The notes under the pieces were generated by a model, which was not told where the DNA came from, did not search any database, and saw only the letters and a list, made by a program, of their open reading frames with translations. Below, one piece after another: positions 38,868-53,907 of a stretch of 64,000 nucleotides of DNA. The DNA is from Octopus vulgaris (taxonomy: Eukaryota). Each line of letters opens with the position of its first letter. Position 1 is the stretch's first letter. A program made the translations under genes and the position numbers. The stretch spans positions 109,492,001 to 109,556,000 of the forward strand of contig OX597817.1 of the NCBI GenBank assembly GCA_951406725.2, given 5' to 3'.

Positions 38868-40392
38868 TGAGAGAGGATGAGTATGTGTGTGTATGTGTGT
38901 GCGTATAGAAGGTCATTGCGACCAGGCTGATATATTACGTGTCCATTAGATTGTCCTCGTAAGAGATTCCAAACATTAGACCGACTTACTTTGCACAATA
39001 TATCATACTGAGTAGAGTTTAGTATCTTATGTACATGCCTCTTTTGCAGTTGTTTGTTATTTTCCATCGTTCTAAAATGTTTCATAATTAATTCAATCCA
39101 TTAACAATCTCTATTTAACACTTCTGCAGACATTTAAATATACTGGATATCTTCTGTCTCTAAGTGATATGAACTGCCAATATTTATTTACCATTGCTTT
39201 AAGATATAAGATATTTCTTTCGTGCGGAAAGTAGTGGAGTCAGACGAAAACGTCGAGCTACAGGGTATGTTAATTCAAGTATTTAATCTCGTCTTTTAGT
39301 TATTTTCACGTTTGTGAAGCCCAGGTTAACTTACATTGGTTTAGGGTCGATAAGAAACAGTAAACTAGAGAGGTTATTTCAATGAATTGTGTTTGTTTTC
39401 TACAAAAATACATCCAGAATCAACAGTACCTAAAAGACAGTGTTTACCTTAATAAATGTGCTTTCCTTAATACACTGGATTCTATTTTCTACTTTAACAT
39501 TCTTCTAAGGTATATATTTCTACCAGTGGAGATGAAAAGTGTAGAACAAGAAAAGAGCCCCAAGTAAAGAACGACCGTCATAATTCAAAATAGTGCAGAT
39601 AGTTACTATATTTCATTTTTGCCGCTATTCCTTTTAGGACAGACATACATTGTCCATTTATTTTCATGTGACCTTTGCGATGACCAAAAATAAATCAATA
39701 TTTAAACGATTTTTAAGTAAAAAGGCATTGTCTCATGAGATTGCTTAATATAATTTCGGATTTTTGTAAATATTTATATTTATGAAAATACAAATTCCAA
39801 ATGTCAACTTAGTATATACCAGAGAACGCTATTAGCAACATACACATTTATGCACTACATTCAGTTATAATTTTTATATTTTTAGTCATTCTTCCCTCGT
39901 TTCTATACGTTTTCTATTGCATTGAAGGTTGCTACATTAATAACAAAGAACACTTCAATTCTGCTAAACTCTCTGCTTTACAACAGTATTTGGAGTGTAT
40001 AGAATAACACAATGGGTTTCAAAACTTCGCTCAAGTTAGTTTTGTGTCGCTTTAGGCTACTTTATAACTTTCAACTTAATTTGTGAAACATTTCCACATC
40101 TAGTAGATTCTAACTTAAATGTCGAAATCATTTGGAGTAAATATGATACAGAGCGATAATTTCGTAGACACTACATCACCAGGGTAAATATATTGTAATC
40201 TTTTGCGTTATCAATTAGTATTTGAGTTCAGATACTGCAACCGTTAACCTTGCTCTTCTTCTCTCTACATTTAATAAATTACTTTGAAATAAAATCTAGT
40301 AAAAATAATTCGTATTTATTTTATACCCAGGTCATTCTGAGTTCAAATTCTACTTTTTGAACTCCATAAACTAAGTGTCAATGATCAATTGA

Positions 40393-40428
<36 letters not shown>

Positions 40429-42279
40429 ACAGTCACATGTATGTGTATATAATTAGATATATATGTATAAAATGACAAGGGGATAAATTGTGTTGTGAAT
40501 TTCATTAGCTTACAGCTGCTTATATTATAATGTGCAATGCACTCATAGCTGAGTGCTTGTGCATTACCCTATAACTTCATCGGAGATTCAAATGTGAAGT
40601 ATCTTATTACTTTCTTATTACTGCGCTGTACACACTGACACTTTGTTCTGAAACATATGTATATTGAATTCCAACAACAGGTTATTAGCATTGCAATGGC
40701 TAACCAATACTAAGCTATATATATATATATATAATCATTTCTTATACAGCTTTGTCCAACTACATAGACCTATCCTTACAACAATTCTTTCATGCATTTA
40801 TTCTCGTCTGATTAAATTTGTAATTGACTTAACACACTCGCTGATACTATGCAAATACAGTTATCTAATTTACACATTTTGTAACTCTAATAGGTTTCCG
40901 TAGTGTCTGACAGAAACGACAAACCGTTTGCCGAAATTATTCAAATGCTATTGGTCTTGTTTAGCAATTTAATACTAATCAAATGACGTAGCTAATATTT
41001 GTATGGATATCAATCTTGAATAACAAAAAAAAAAAACGAATAAAATGTTTAACACACTACAGCAAACAAATATCATATGCATGTATAATAGACTAATTGT
41101 TCTACAATTCCAGAAGCTTCTTACTAAAGGTCAAATAACATTTAAACATTACATAAACAAAGAACAATTAATCTAGCTTTATGACGAACGAGATGAGTAA
41201 GTAATTATTTGACCATATGTAACTAAAGGTCGATGCATAATCCATTAGTTCTATGTCAGCTGCTGCTTATTTAGGAAATATCTAACGTTATTTAGCTTCC
41301 TTACAAAAACGTACGGTATTCTTTGTTTGATGTGATGTCAAGTATTTGACTTTTCACATCATTCATAATATAAATAATGTAAATATGAAAAGTTATAAAC
41401 CAACACGCGAAACTATTACTCTTTTAACAAAAATAACTTTACTATGCTCTACAATTGAAATCTTTGACTGGCAGGAAAAAAATATGTAGAAGTGTGTTAT
41501 TGTTCTGTATTTGTTGTATATTTTACTTGTTATAGATTATATGTGAAGTTTAAAAGCGTTAGTTATCTCTGAATTAATCAAGTATTACATTGATCAATAT
41601 TTACTTGTTTTATTTATAATTTTGTTGGCACAATGTTTCGATAGGAAAAATCTGCGATCGACGTCTGGGTCACATTCGTACTTCTCTGGAATCAAGCTAG
41701 GAAGTACGAAAGAACAATAAAGACAAATGAGGGGTGGAAAACAAAAAGAGGCAGACAGACAAACAGAGAGAGAGAAGCAGAAAGTAGAAAATGAAAATTA
41801 TAAAACGTCTGCCAGAAGATGCAACAAACATCGATGATAGTTGTCAAGTCAGATTTGATGGTTGTGACGTCAAAATATGACATCATAAGCATTATCAACA
41901 ACTACTTAGGTTACGATGACATTCAGACCCAGAGATAGGAAATTAATGTGTTGTTGCTAATATCTCAGTGTAAATATATGGTCGTATTCAGGTTTAAAGT
42001 TGTTTACTAAAACTAAAGCAACGATCATAACTGTCTTTTATAGCAATACTTATAAATTTCAGAATCCTCCCTAATTGCTACTTTTTTAAATGTAGAAGTG
42101 TCTAAATTATGGTATAACAAATAATTTTATAAGAGAGAAAATTTCTGAACATTTTATTATTTCTTCGTAATATACCTATTTCCTATGGAGCCGGATCTAC
42201 AATTTTCTTATTCTTTTTTATTGTGAAACCTAAGTCATTACATACACACACGCAAATACACCCGTATGCTTATTATTTA

Positions 42280-42333
<54 letters not shown>

Positions 42334-45300
42334 TGTGTGTGTGCGTGTGTGTGTGTTTGTTTCTCTGTGTGTCTGTGTCTGTGTGTGTATGTGGGTGCGA
42401 TTTAATTCAACGAGAGAGATGCATATCAGACATGCGCGTTGAATGTTTCAAAAAAACAGTCAATGCTTCTGTTGTATGGATTCACTACTACTGATATTAT
42501 TTTTTACGATGAAGAATATCGGAATACCTAATCCTATCTTGCCTGATTACTAAAATATCCTCAGAATATGATTCTTACTTATAGTTCTAAGTCAAAACGC
42601 AAAATTTCCTTTTGTCAATAACCTTACTATTGCAGCTTAGATGGCGTTTTAGAAATATTTTCATTCTGAAGCTTCCAACAGGTGTAGTGACATAGTTAGG
42701 GTTGTTTTGAATTTGTTGGTGTTCTGTTCATTCGTTGGAAATTACATAGCTATCTGAATTGGTTGACGATAACTAGTTGCCGCTGCAGAACTAAGAAAGT
42801 GGAAGAAAGGGGGGTGTAACATTGTGTCCGTGACAAATGAGCTCAATTCTCAATTATGTTGTCCAATATGATATACAGTAGGATCGAACCAAGTAGCACT
42901 TGATTACAAAGTGAAATTCTTACCTATTTGATGATTTTTGTTTCTCGTACCTTATGCCTAAATAGGTTTATACACTTGCATATAAATAGATACAAACGTA
43001 CTTAATTTTCAGCAATACTGGATCAGACCATGCATCACTTATAAACATCTGATAAAGGAATATTAAGCAGAAACTTACGCTCTTGCCAATTCAGAGGAGC
43101 AGGTATTTGTAAAAATAATTCCCTGTATGCATAGTTTGCAGAAATTTATCTTCATACTCAAATACGACTGATGTGAAAATCATATAGTAGTTGCCGATAT
43201 TTTTGTACGATTTTTTCAGGAGTCTGATGGTTTTTATGTTGAGATTATCTACGCTATATAATCTTATCATTCTCTTAATACGCAAGGCGCAGGGGGTTTC
43301 GCTCGAATTTTTGAAAGTGTAGTATAAAATTTAATGATTCCCTGTCACTTTGAAGTATAATCTGGCAAAATAGAAACAATTCATTAAAATCGATTCAACT
43401 CTGATTTAATTTTAATTTTTATTAAAACCGGGTAAAACTTTGTAAATATCCGGTATTGATGGAATATTTTCTATGGGAAAAATATTGTTACGTTGACATC
43501 ATTGCTCGAGATATGAGAGCTTCAAGCAATTTCATTGATCAAGATCTGCTTGCCATTTACTTTTGAGATAATTGTTTTCATTGACTTTGGTGGTGCTTCT
43601 ATCCATATAGCGTTTGTAACGCTCTATATTAGATTAAAACAAATGTAAACAATACTACAGGACATATTTCTGTACATATCAAGATCGATGTTAATGTTGG
43701 CCGCCCCCTGCCAGAAATTAATGCGAAGAATTTCAACATCACATAAGATTGGAAAAGACCCCTCGATTTTCCGAAAATAGTGGATTGAAGCATATTTTAA
43801 ACTAGTGGTATCTTGTTTTAAACCCCTGTTTTGGGAAGACTTCAGTAACGAAAATTGAGCTATTACACTGCAGATTGTAGATCTGTTCGGATTTCAGTAA
43901 CTACTTCAAAACTATATTACATTCTTTTAGAATCTGAGATCATTGGAAAATATTTTTATTTTGCTGCGTGTGTAACGATTTGAAATTTGACCAAGGTCAA
44001 GTATGCTTTTGATCCTTCTGGATCAATAAAACACGCATCAACCAATGAATGAGTGGATTAAATGGACACATCATTCTTCAAAGTGTCTCAATATTAGGAA
44101 TCAATATATCTTATATAAACATCAGACACGCGTGAACCAACATAATATCTGCAGTAGATTACTAAGGATTTGGAGAGATGCGAAATTATTGTGTGTATCA
44201 TCTATCTAACGATTGTTTCCTGTGATGAACTAATGGAGATTTCAGATGCTAGTGGCAGTCTTTCGTGGTCCTTTCATTTATTTATATGCAAGTATAAGTG
44301 TATCGTTGCTTTATTTTTAGTAAATCCTGAATATACTGTCATACTAAATGAGCACGTTTTGTTATTGTAACGTCAGACATGTTAAACATTCTAAGGGTTC
44401 ATAAATCTAGTTATAAATGCTTCCTTTTTTCAAAATTTGTTACTCTCTTAACCAAGTTTTTTCTTAATTAACCTAATTCATATTCAAAAAGATAACTTAA
44501 CTTGTGGCCCTATTTCCCTGCTTTCCTTGGTTCAATTCATTCATTTCCATTCAGTAAAAAGTAATGTCAGAGGTGATATTTTATGAGTTAACGTCAACAA
44601 GTTTCAAGCGAACATCAGTAGAATCACAAGAAAACAGTGTTGCTTTGTACAACCTTCCCTTATTTCTGAAGCACCTTCCCAGTGAAAGAAGTTATTTCTA
44701 TCTAAAAGTGAAGTATTGGGAAAGGAGGGTAATCCTATTTTTCTACGTGAAAAATTAAAATGCTTTTGAGTAAAATATCAAATATCTGAATAGATTGTAA
44801 TACTTTATAGTCGTGCCTTTGATTTTTTATTAGATATTGCGTGTATTTTTAAAGTTATAATTGCCTAAATTTATGCCTCCCTATAACTATCGATTCATAA
44901 CATCGTTAGAAGTAATTTTGGTCGTTTAAATAATTTTCTACTTTTTTTCTTTTTTGAACGTCTTGAATTTCTTTATGAATGATTTTTTTCCCCTCTCGTG
45001 TCCAACTTCTTTTTCAGCATTTAAATTGTATTTTGCAGTGTTTCTGTGAATATCTTGTAATTATATTTTCAAAAACAAAATCACCCAAACTGTTTCCATA
45101 TCATAGGGTCTAATAGGAAATGATTAACTGAAAAGAAGTCAAACGGAGCGTTAAGGATACTTTGCATACATTTTACTGTCATATTGAAATCTTGATCACC
45201 TTTATCTGAATATCATGCAATCTTTATTTTCCTTCCTGAAGTCTCGGAAAAATCCTTATTACTGAAATGAGCTAAAATCCCATGACCTTATATGCGTAGC

Positions 45301-45374
45301 AGAAAGATATGCAAAGACATTCATATGTCATATACATTTACATACATACACATATAGCTCTATGCCTCCCTCTC

Positions 45375-45460
<86 letters not shown>

Positions 45461-45465
<5 letters not shown>

Positions 45466-45733
45466 TTCGAGACAAAACCACTATTTTGCAAAACAAACAA
45501 GGAAAGACTTAATCAATACATAAAAATTTTTAATATAAAGAAATAATGTAGCGGTTTATTTCTTTATATTAAAAATTTTTATGTATTGATTAAGTCTTTC
45601 ATTGTTTGTTTTGCAAAATAGTGGTTTTGTCTCGAATTAATATTATATAATATTTTACTATAAAATTGGATTTAATCCTAAATCTGATTTTTTCCCTGTA
45701 AATTTGGATTTATTCCCTAATATTTATTATTAT
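45461..45733. mobile_element. Fold-back palindrome in (TA)n (PLE terminal fragment)
   Basis: Arms 45461-45546 and 45556-45641 (one mismatch seen), a 9-nt loop TGTAGCGGT and a ~90 nt tail at 45642-45733 homologous to 31075-31165. Confidence 0.85.
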
Positions 45734-45742
45734 ATGTATATA

Positions 45743-45778
<36 letters not shown>

Positions 45779-45882
45779 TGTATGTATGTATGTATGTATG
45801 TATGTATGTATGTATGTATTTATGTATGTGTATATGTATATATGTATGTATATGAATATATATAGATAGATAGACAGACAGC

Positions 45883-45962
<80 letters not shown>

Positions 45963-47903
45963 GTGTGTGTGTGTGTGTGTGCGTGTATAGGGGTGCTTGT
46001 GTGTGATATATATCAACATTTAGATTAATTAACTTAGTCTTGGCAATATCTAATTGTTCATTGTATTAAACATGATATCAAGCATACAGCATTCGAGAAT
46101 GTGAATATTTATTGTATTATTAGCTGTTCTAAACAATGCTGATCCAATTATTTCTGCTGAAATACCGTTATCTCGTAAAATATATGAGGTCCTATTTAAC
46201 TAATTTAAACATGAATTCCTCATATATAATGAATCTTCGTGTCAGTGATATGAGGCGTAAGCAATGTATATCTTTTTAAATATTTATATTTCTTATTTCC
46301 CTTCATTTTAGCTTATAACTGCCATGCATAAAAATTTTGTGGAACATATCTATATATTATGGCTGCCGCCTCGTTATCGAGTATGGCCATTGCACGAAGC
46401 TTAACTGTTACTGGTGCTGTGATCGAATTTGACATTTTAGCCCAGCTAAAGATCTACCATGTCTTGTACAAAATTGGCATATATGTATATATATATATAT
46501 ATACATATGTATATGTGTACATATAAGAGTGTGTGCGTATGTGAGTGCGTGTATATGTATGTATGTATGTATGGATGGATGGATGGATGGATGGATGGAT
46601 GGATGGATGCATGTATGTATGTACGTATGTATGCATGCAAGTGTGTAAGTACTATGTATGTATGGATGTACTTCGGCTAAAAAACTAGTGAAGCCAATTC
46701 ATTTCACTAATCATACAAGGGCTGTTGTCGAGCGTTTGGTACACCAATTTCCTGGTATGCTTTACTGATACTTCATAGTATTTTTAGTGAACGGTATTGG
46801 GAATTCGAGAATAGATTTGCATGACCTTGGGGAAAGATGTATTTAAACACATAAGCTTTCGTCCACATAAGGTTCGTTCACAATTTATTCTTTGTGATAT
46901 GGGGGTGTGTGAAATTATGGAGTGAGAAATAAGACATGGGTAATAGTAACAATAATAATAATATCATAGAGTGAGATAGAGAGAGAGAGAGAGGGATAGG
47001 CAGAAGACGGACAGAGAGACTGATCGATTGATTCATTGAATGACTGAAGACTCAATGGTGATTAGATTTGATGGTTAAAGAATCGATAGATAGAATTTAT
47101 CATTAGATGTGCGTGTGATGCGCATCGTTCGCATTCGAGTACGGTCACAGTTGATCCATTTTATACTGCTGACGCCTTTTGCTCTCAGTTTCATGTATGA
47201 AACTTTAATTCTGTCAAGGAATCTTATATCATAAATATACTATACTAACTACTTGTCTTCTTGCTTTGCATGTGAGCTTATACGTTCTCTGCTACGTAAT
47301 CGATAACTACTTTACCAGAGTTTGTTTCCTCTAGCTTATATTTCAGATGTGACAGCGTCTTTTGTAAATTAGATAAATTACGTAATGCAACAAAATTTCC
47401 CAGTAAGAAATTTACTGCGATAAACAAATTTTCAATGAGACTGGGAAAGATTCTTTAAAAAGGTTACTTTCATTTTTACAAAGTGTTTAACTTATGAAAC
47501 AGGATTTGGATATTTCTGAAACAGTTTCGTGTCATGTCTTGCACATTGATTTTTTTTATTCTTCTAAATCAAACATAAGATGCTGAATTTTACCAAGTCG
47601 TGATTTTTGGTGAATATTGTATCTACTCAGCTTTTAAACATTTATATCGGCGTAGTAAATGGTTTCAGTGACAATGTAGCTATCTCAGGATGTAGATAGT
47701 TGTATGATGTGAGCCTGAATGATTTCATAATTACACAGATAGATATAATCTTTCGTTTCTGGCATTATACATTTGATGGATATTTCAAAATATATCAACA
47801 AGCATACATTTCGCTACATCCATCAAATATAGAATATCAGTCTTTCGGAATGCAAGATATGAATCTGCGTATTCATTAAATCAATGTGTGTCCGTTTGTG
47901 TGA

Positions 47904-47960
<57 letters not shown>

Positions 47961-48871
47961 CACGGACACAGAGGTGGGGGAGAGATAGGAAAGAGGAGAG
48001 AGGGAAAAAAAGATTAGGACGTTTCTCTCTCTCATACACACAAATCTGTATGTATGTATGCATGTACATATGTATCTATACATTTATGTGTATGTGTGTG
48101 GGTAAGCGGGTATGTATGTAAGTGTGTGTATGTGCGTGGGGGGGTGCATGGGAGAATTTTCATATGAAACCATTTTTCTGGATATTTGTACATATATGTG
48201 TATAAAGACGCGCGTGTGTATTGTATGTTTGTGTATAAATGCCTCAGTGTGTATGTGTGTGTATGCGTGTGTGTGTGTGTGTTATCTGATTACAAAAGAG
48301 ATAAAATTTGAATTTCTTATTAAGGCGATCTCAAATAAAAAATTAAGATGATAATAACAGAAGACAAGCAAGACAGTTGCCTAACTTCATTCTCAATCAA
48401 CAAGTTGTGCGGCTGGCATAATGCCAACTTTTACGAGAACCGTTTCATTACTGTGTAGCTTCTGTGAAACTATGCATTATATCTACTGAGACAACGGCTA
48501 ATATATGGTACCGACCGAACTATTAAGGCGTACACGAAATACATTTTATCTGATATTCATTCGAAGATACATCAATATTTTGGTGCCCCGCTTCATCTGT
48601 AGCTAAGATTCATGTAATTGAATAAGCATGCACATGAGCTACCATATGCCTGTTCAAGTATGCGCACATTTTTATAGGTTTCTTGTGAGCATGTATTTGT
48701 GTGTATAGGTATTTTTTACGTTCTACTGCGTGCACACATACATATAATACAGTCATATGTGTCCATATGTGCAAGTATGTGTGTATAAGTAAATACCTAC
48801 CTCCATATGTATTTATATACGAATATATATACATCTGAATCACACACACACACACACACACACGAACACAC

Positions 48872-48914
<43 letters not shown>

Positions 48915-50351
48915 TATATATATATATAATAAAATAAAGCGTGTAATAGTTTTCTCGCTAACCCATAATCCTGTATATGTGTGTGTGCATGCTGTTTGCA
49001 TCTGTGTGTGCGCGTGCGAGTGTTTCTGCAAAAGACATATGCCTATCAGTGAGTGAATATGTTTATTCCTACGTTCTCTGTGTTCGCTCACGTTTCTGTA
49101 TAAATCTGAAACAGTCACGCAGACAACTAAAGCAGACAAACAGCAAATAGGAAGAGAGAAAAGGAGAAAGAAGTGAAGGAAATATATATTTATATATGAA
49201 TATATCTATAGCTAAGATTATTTGCAATTGTGTCGCCTGAGGTCATGAGTGACTGCGTATATATCCATGTATTTGTGTGTACATCTGTTAAAATCTGTGT
49301 ATCTTACATATTTTACTTGAATCGTAATCGAAAACTTATTCAAAAATAATGGTAAACATGCAAATTTCGCCCTGATCTATGTATTAGAAATCAAGGGGTG
49401 GAATTCTGTGAAGTTGAGTGTAACAATCTCTTAATTTTCTGCATGAATGGAAGTAACTTGTAACTTGTTATTATCCATTTTGTCATATTGTATGAATAGG
49501 CAAATATTTCAGCTGAACGATCTGCGACCATCGATATCTATCATTGATATCAACAGTTGGCTTTTTTTCTTCTTTTTTTTTACCTTTTTTCAGTACAAAT
49601 ATGATTACGACAATGCAAAGCGGGGACCGGTTTTCTGTCTATTTCATTATGCATACAATTGCTTACAGTGATGAAGATTTGATCGCTTTACTGAATCTTT
49701 TCCTATTATTTAACTCTATACCTTCATATAGATACACCCCTTCCACCACTGCAATAACACACTAACCATACAATCGATTCGTCATTTAGTTGTCACGTTA
49801 TATTTTACGTTCATTATTAAATAACTGTTATATATAGGAGATACGATGTAGCTAGATAAATGCAAATGGCGCCGACAAATTTAAGATTGTAAGCCCAGTA
49901 ATATTTTTATATGGATGTTACCAGCCAAATAAGAAGAGTATATCTGTTTAACACTTTCTCCCATTCCAGCTGGGAAAAAAACATTATAACTTGATTCTGT
50001 CACGCTTGTCTGAATTGATATATTTAAGAAATCACTTCCTGTCGAATTTGTATTTTCTAATTTCCTACTCATATATGTAACGAACATTCAACCAGAGAGA
50101 AATCAATTTATGCGTATGTATTTTCTTATGATATGTAATCCATAAGCCTAGAGCCAAAAAAATAATCCTAGGAAAATATTCAAATATTCAGACACTGTAC
50201 TATTGTTAAGTACATTACTAGAAAACGGACTAAAACTTTGCCACGGCGGAATAGGAAGAGAAAAGTTCTCTGCAGGTCTGCTGAATGATTGTAACAGAGA
50301 GATTGTCTGTTGTGAAGTAAAGTTCCGCTGATCATTTAATTCAAAATGAAG

Positions 50352-50560
50352 ACAGCGAGTTGGCAGAATCGTTAATCAAAATGCTTAGTGGCATTTCATC
50401 CGCTTTTACGTTCGACGTCCAAATTCCGCCGATGTCTACTTTGCCTTTCATCCTTCCGGGGTTGATAAAATAAATACAAGTTGAGCACTAGGGTCGGAGT
50501 AATTAGCTTAGCCCCTTCATCGAAATTACTGGCCTTCTGCCAAAAACCTAAAAACAATAT
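50352..50560 (+). mobile_element. SINE family B
   Basis: GCGAGTTGGCAGAATCGTTA...ATGCTTAGTGGCATTTC...AAATTCCGCCGATGTCTACTTTGCCTTTCATCCTTCCGGGGTTGATAAAATAAATACAAGTTGAGCAC. Confidence 0.8.
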
Positions 50561-51031
50561 TTAATTCAAGGTATATTGTTCTGCATTATAAAATTTATAA
50601 GTATATTATAAATATATTGTTTAACACTATGTCAAGATAAATATCAACACATTTACACTGAATTCAATGGCAGTTTAGAATCATTTGAGCGTCGGAAACA
50701 AGGGTTTGCGGTACTTCTTTCAATTCTTTACATTCAAATATCGGTAGGCTCAACATTGTATTTTATACCACTGATATATTGTCACAATTTAGAAGGAGTT
50801 GTTAAGCTATAGACAAAGGTCTGAAACCTATAGCTTGTCAACCGCCATCCGCATTATTTCAGCGAATACAACATTTAGCAACAGCATGTTAACTTTGACA
50901 AGAATAGCTTGGTAGTCAGAGACTAATTAATCAACTAAATAAAATATCGATTAAATATGCAAATTGCTATGGGCATCGGTTGGATTGTGCTAGAATATTC
51001 AAAATAGTTTAAGTTAAATAAATTGTTGATA

Positions 51032-51448
51032 GGCGCAGGAGTGGCTGTGTGGTAAGTAGCTTGTCTATCAACCACATGGTTCCGGGTTCAGTCCCACTGC
51101 GTGGCACCTTGGGCAAGTGACTTCTACTATAGCCTCGGGCTGACCAAAGCCTTGTGAGTGGATTTGGTAGACGGAAACTGAAAGAAGCCCGTCGTATATA
51201 TGTATATATATATATGCGTGTGTGTATTTGTGTGTCTGTGTTTGTCCCCTAGCATTGCTTGACAACCGATGCTGGTGTGTTTATGTCCCCGTTACTTAGC
51301 GGTTCGGCAAAAGAGACCGATAGAATAAGTACTGGGCTTACAAAAGAATAAGTCCCGGGGTCGATTTGCTCGATTAAAGGCGGTGCTCCAGCATGGCCGC
51401 AGTCAAATGACTGAAACAAGTAAAAGAGTAAAGAGTAAGAGTATAGAG
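51032..51448 (+). mobile_element. SINE family A, full length
   Basis: GGCGCAGGAGTGGCTGTGTGGTAAG...CCGGGTTCAGTCCCACTGCGTGGCACCTTGGGCAAGTG...ATGACTGAAACAAGTAAAAGAGTAAAGAG. Confidence 0.92.
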
Positions 51449-51891
51449 AATGTTCATTATTTTTTTTTTTTAATTCATACATATATGTGTGTGTTAACAT
51501 GTATATGTTTTGTCTTGGTGTAAAAGATGTGTTACAGCAAATATTCAGCTCAAAACTACAAATTTGCTTGTCATTTGTTTGACCTCAACCAGTTGAGCAT
51601 GTCCCTTAGTGGTTGACGGTATGCGCATCTCTGATCACGAGCAGAAATTGTGGGAGAGCATCATAGCCATGTGTTGAGAGGAATTCTTTGGGATTTGAAT
51701 AATTCACTTCTGGAAACATGGTTGTTTCGTTCACCATCCTTAAACAGCTCCTATTCAAGGACATTTTGCGCGGTACGTGTGTGACTCGAACCCGAAAAAA
51801 ATTCTAACTCAGCCCCAACTGCGAGGTCATGTGGTGTTTATCCTGACATTTTAAATCAGAAAGTATAGACAGTCGATATGCCGCTAAGCAT

Positions 51892-51995
51892 GAAGAAGAA
51901 GAAGAAGAAGAAGAAGAAGAAGAAGAAGAAGAAGAAGAAGAAGAAGAAGAAGAAGAAGAAGAAGAACGAGGAGGAGGAGGAGGAGGGGAAGGAGG
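51892..51995. repeat. (GAA)n(GAG)n microsatellite
   Basis: Direct reading. Confidence 0.97.
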
Positions 51996-52104
51996 TTAAA
52001 AATTATATCTGTAAGACATAAATTCGTTTTTTCTCTATTGTATAATGATCTGACAGCCGTGTGTTAAACGCAAGCTAAATATCAACATTTGGTCTAGCTT
52101 CGCT

Positions 52105-53620
52105 GTTATTATTGTTACTATTATATTTTTTTTTTTACTTTTAATCTGCTTGTTTGTTACAATCACTTTCCGAGACACACCCAGCGTCCTAGGGTGAGTA
52201 AAGGAATAGAGATGCTACAGTATGACTGAAAGCTTGAGGAAGGGTAGTGGTGGGGGCAGTAACGAAATATCTTCATTTAATACGGCACAGATTTTTTTTC
52301 TCTCAAAATGTAGGCAGTACACAATCTTTTGGTTTTTTCCGAGACATGGGTCGCCTGGGATTTTCTTTAGATGTTTCTGACGTCCTTTTTTTATGTCATA
52401 CCTAGGGCACCTTGAATAGCAGGATTGACTTGTATTTTATGTCATCTTCCGACCAGGTTTCAACCAGAGGCCTAAGGAACGTATATATTAGATGGCAAGA
52501 AATTTCCTGAGAATGTGGGTGGTTGATGTCAACAATGTTTTGAGTCTCATAGATTCTTGGTTCCTCAAGGATCTGGTTAAAAGCTTTATCACTACTTTTC
52601 TTGATCATTCCCAGGGTATCTACAACAACAGTAATGGTTTTGGTTTTTTAATTGCCACATCCTAGATATCTCAATCTCAAGGTCCTTATATTTCCATATA
52701 TTTCAAATTCCTTTGCCGAGATGTTTCTATCAGTATGTATTATCATATCAATTTTCAGACATGGTTTTTGTCTTAGGTCTTTCATGACGAGGCCTGGTCT
52801 ATTAGCCTTTATTTGCTTGTCTGTATGTATCCCTTAATCCCATAGAATGGTAACATTATCTCCCTCAGTGACTGGCTCTGAATGGTGTTCATACATGTTC
52901 TTAGAGTGTGAGACATCATAGTGACGGCATACGCTCCAATGCAAGTATTGGTTTTATATTCTGTAGGAGTAAGGACTGAGCCACCGTCAACAATGTGGTC
53001 AATACTCTCCAGTTTGTCATTGCAGAGACTCACTTTGTGTCCACCTCATTGTATGTGACACTAGCTTGATAGTTTCGAGTGGGGAGGCTCTGATCTTGTG
53101 CTGCTAGCATAAATCCTTCTGTTTCGGCTTTAGAACAAGCACTCTACAGTCACTGATGAGGTTTCACATCTACATCAGCTTCCCCAGCTCATTTGGGCTA
53201 TCGCAATGTTTTTTCTTGCCATGGATGTTCTTGCCACAGATTCGATATTACCTCCGAGCTTTCCTGTTTGGTCTTTCTATTGAACCTTTCTGTTGCCTTA
53301 ACGAGTTGTGTGTCCAACTTATCATTATCATAATCAGGGAGGTTAAGTCCTCGTCTGTATTTATATACCTCCTTCGAGACTGAACGCAGTTTCTGATTCT
53401 GTTCATGTTGCTTTACTAGCTGTATCATCCAGTCGGTGTTACTTTGGATATACACTTTGAGTCCTATCTTGGTCGTTTTATAGGACATTTCAAGTTGGTT
53501 TAGGTCTGTACCGCCTTCCTTTCAAGGGAGATAGAGCCCGTTGACGTCTGATTTTCGATAGTACATCCTGTTAGTGTCAAAGGTTTCCTGGTCTTTATGT
53601 CCATACACTGGAGTTCACTC
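52105..53620 (-). mobile_element. R4/Dong-clade non-LTR retrotransposon, 5'-truncated and degraded, plus a second tandem 3' end
   Basis: Minus-strand pieces: DIKTRK...SDVNGLYLP*KEGG..LNQLEMSYKTTKIGL (RT thumb); KAETEGFMLAAQDQSLPTRNY; K(C)SLCNDKLESIDHIVDGGS (zinc knuckle); VTILWD*GIHTDKQIKANRPGLVMKD...CLKIDM...KEFE (restriction-like endonuclease); HILRKFLAI*. A second KKG.QKHLKKIPGDP..QKIV..TAYILR end lies at 52400-52290. Confidence 0.85.
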
Positions 53621-53638
53621 AGATTATAACTGATGACA

Positions 53639-53647
53639 TTATTATTA

Positions 53648-53693
<46 letters not shown>
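53639..53693. repeat. (TTA)n microsatellite
   Basis: Direct reading; lies next to the 5' truncation point of the R4/Dong element. Confidence 0.97.
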
Positions 53694-53695
<2 letters not shown>

Positions 53696-53892
53696 TGGCA
53701 GAATCGTTAGTACTCCGGACGGAATGCATTTCTTTTGCTTTATGTTCTGCGTTCAAATGCCGCCGTGGTCGACTTTGCCTTTCATAAATTTCAGAGTCGA
53801 TAAAAAAAGTATCAGTTGAGCACCGGGGTCCGTGTAATCGACTTATCCCCTCTCCCAAAATTTCCAATCTTGTGCCAAAATGTGAAACCACT
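53696..53892 (+). mobile_element. SINE family B
   Basis: CTGGCAGAATCGTTAGTAC...GTTCAAATGCCGCCGTGGTCGACTTTGCCTTTCAT...GTCGATAAAAAAAGTATCAGTTGAGCACCGGGGTC...CTTGTGCCAAAA. Confidence 0.8.
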
Positions 53893-53907
53893 TTCATTAT
53901 TATTATT

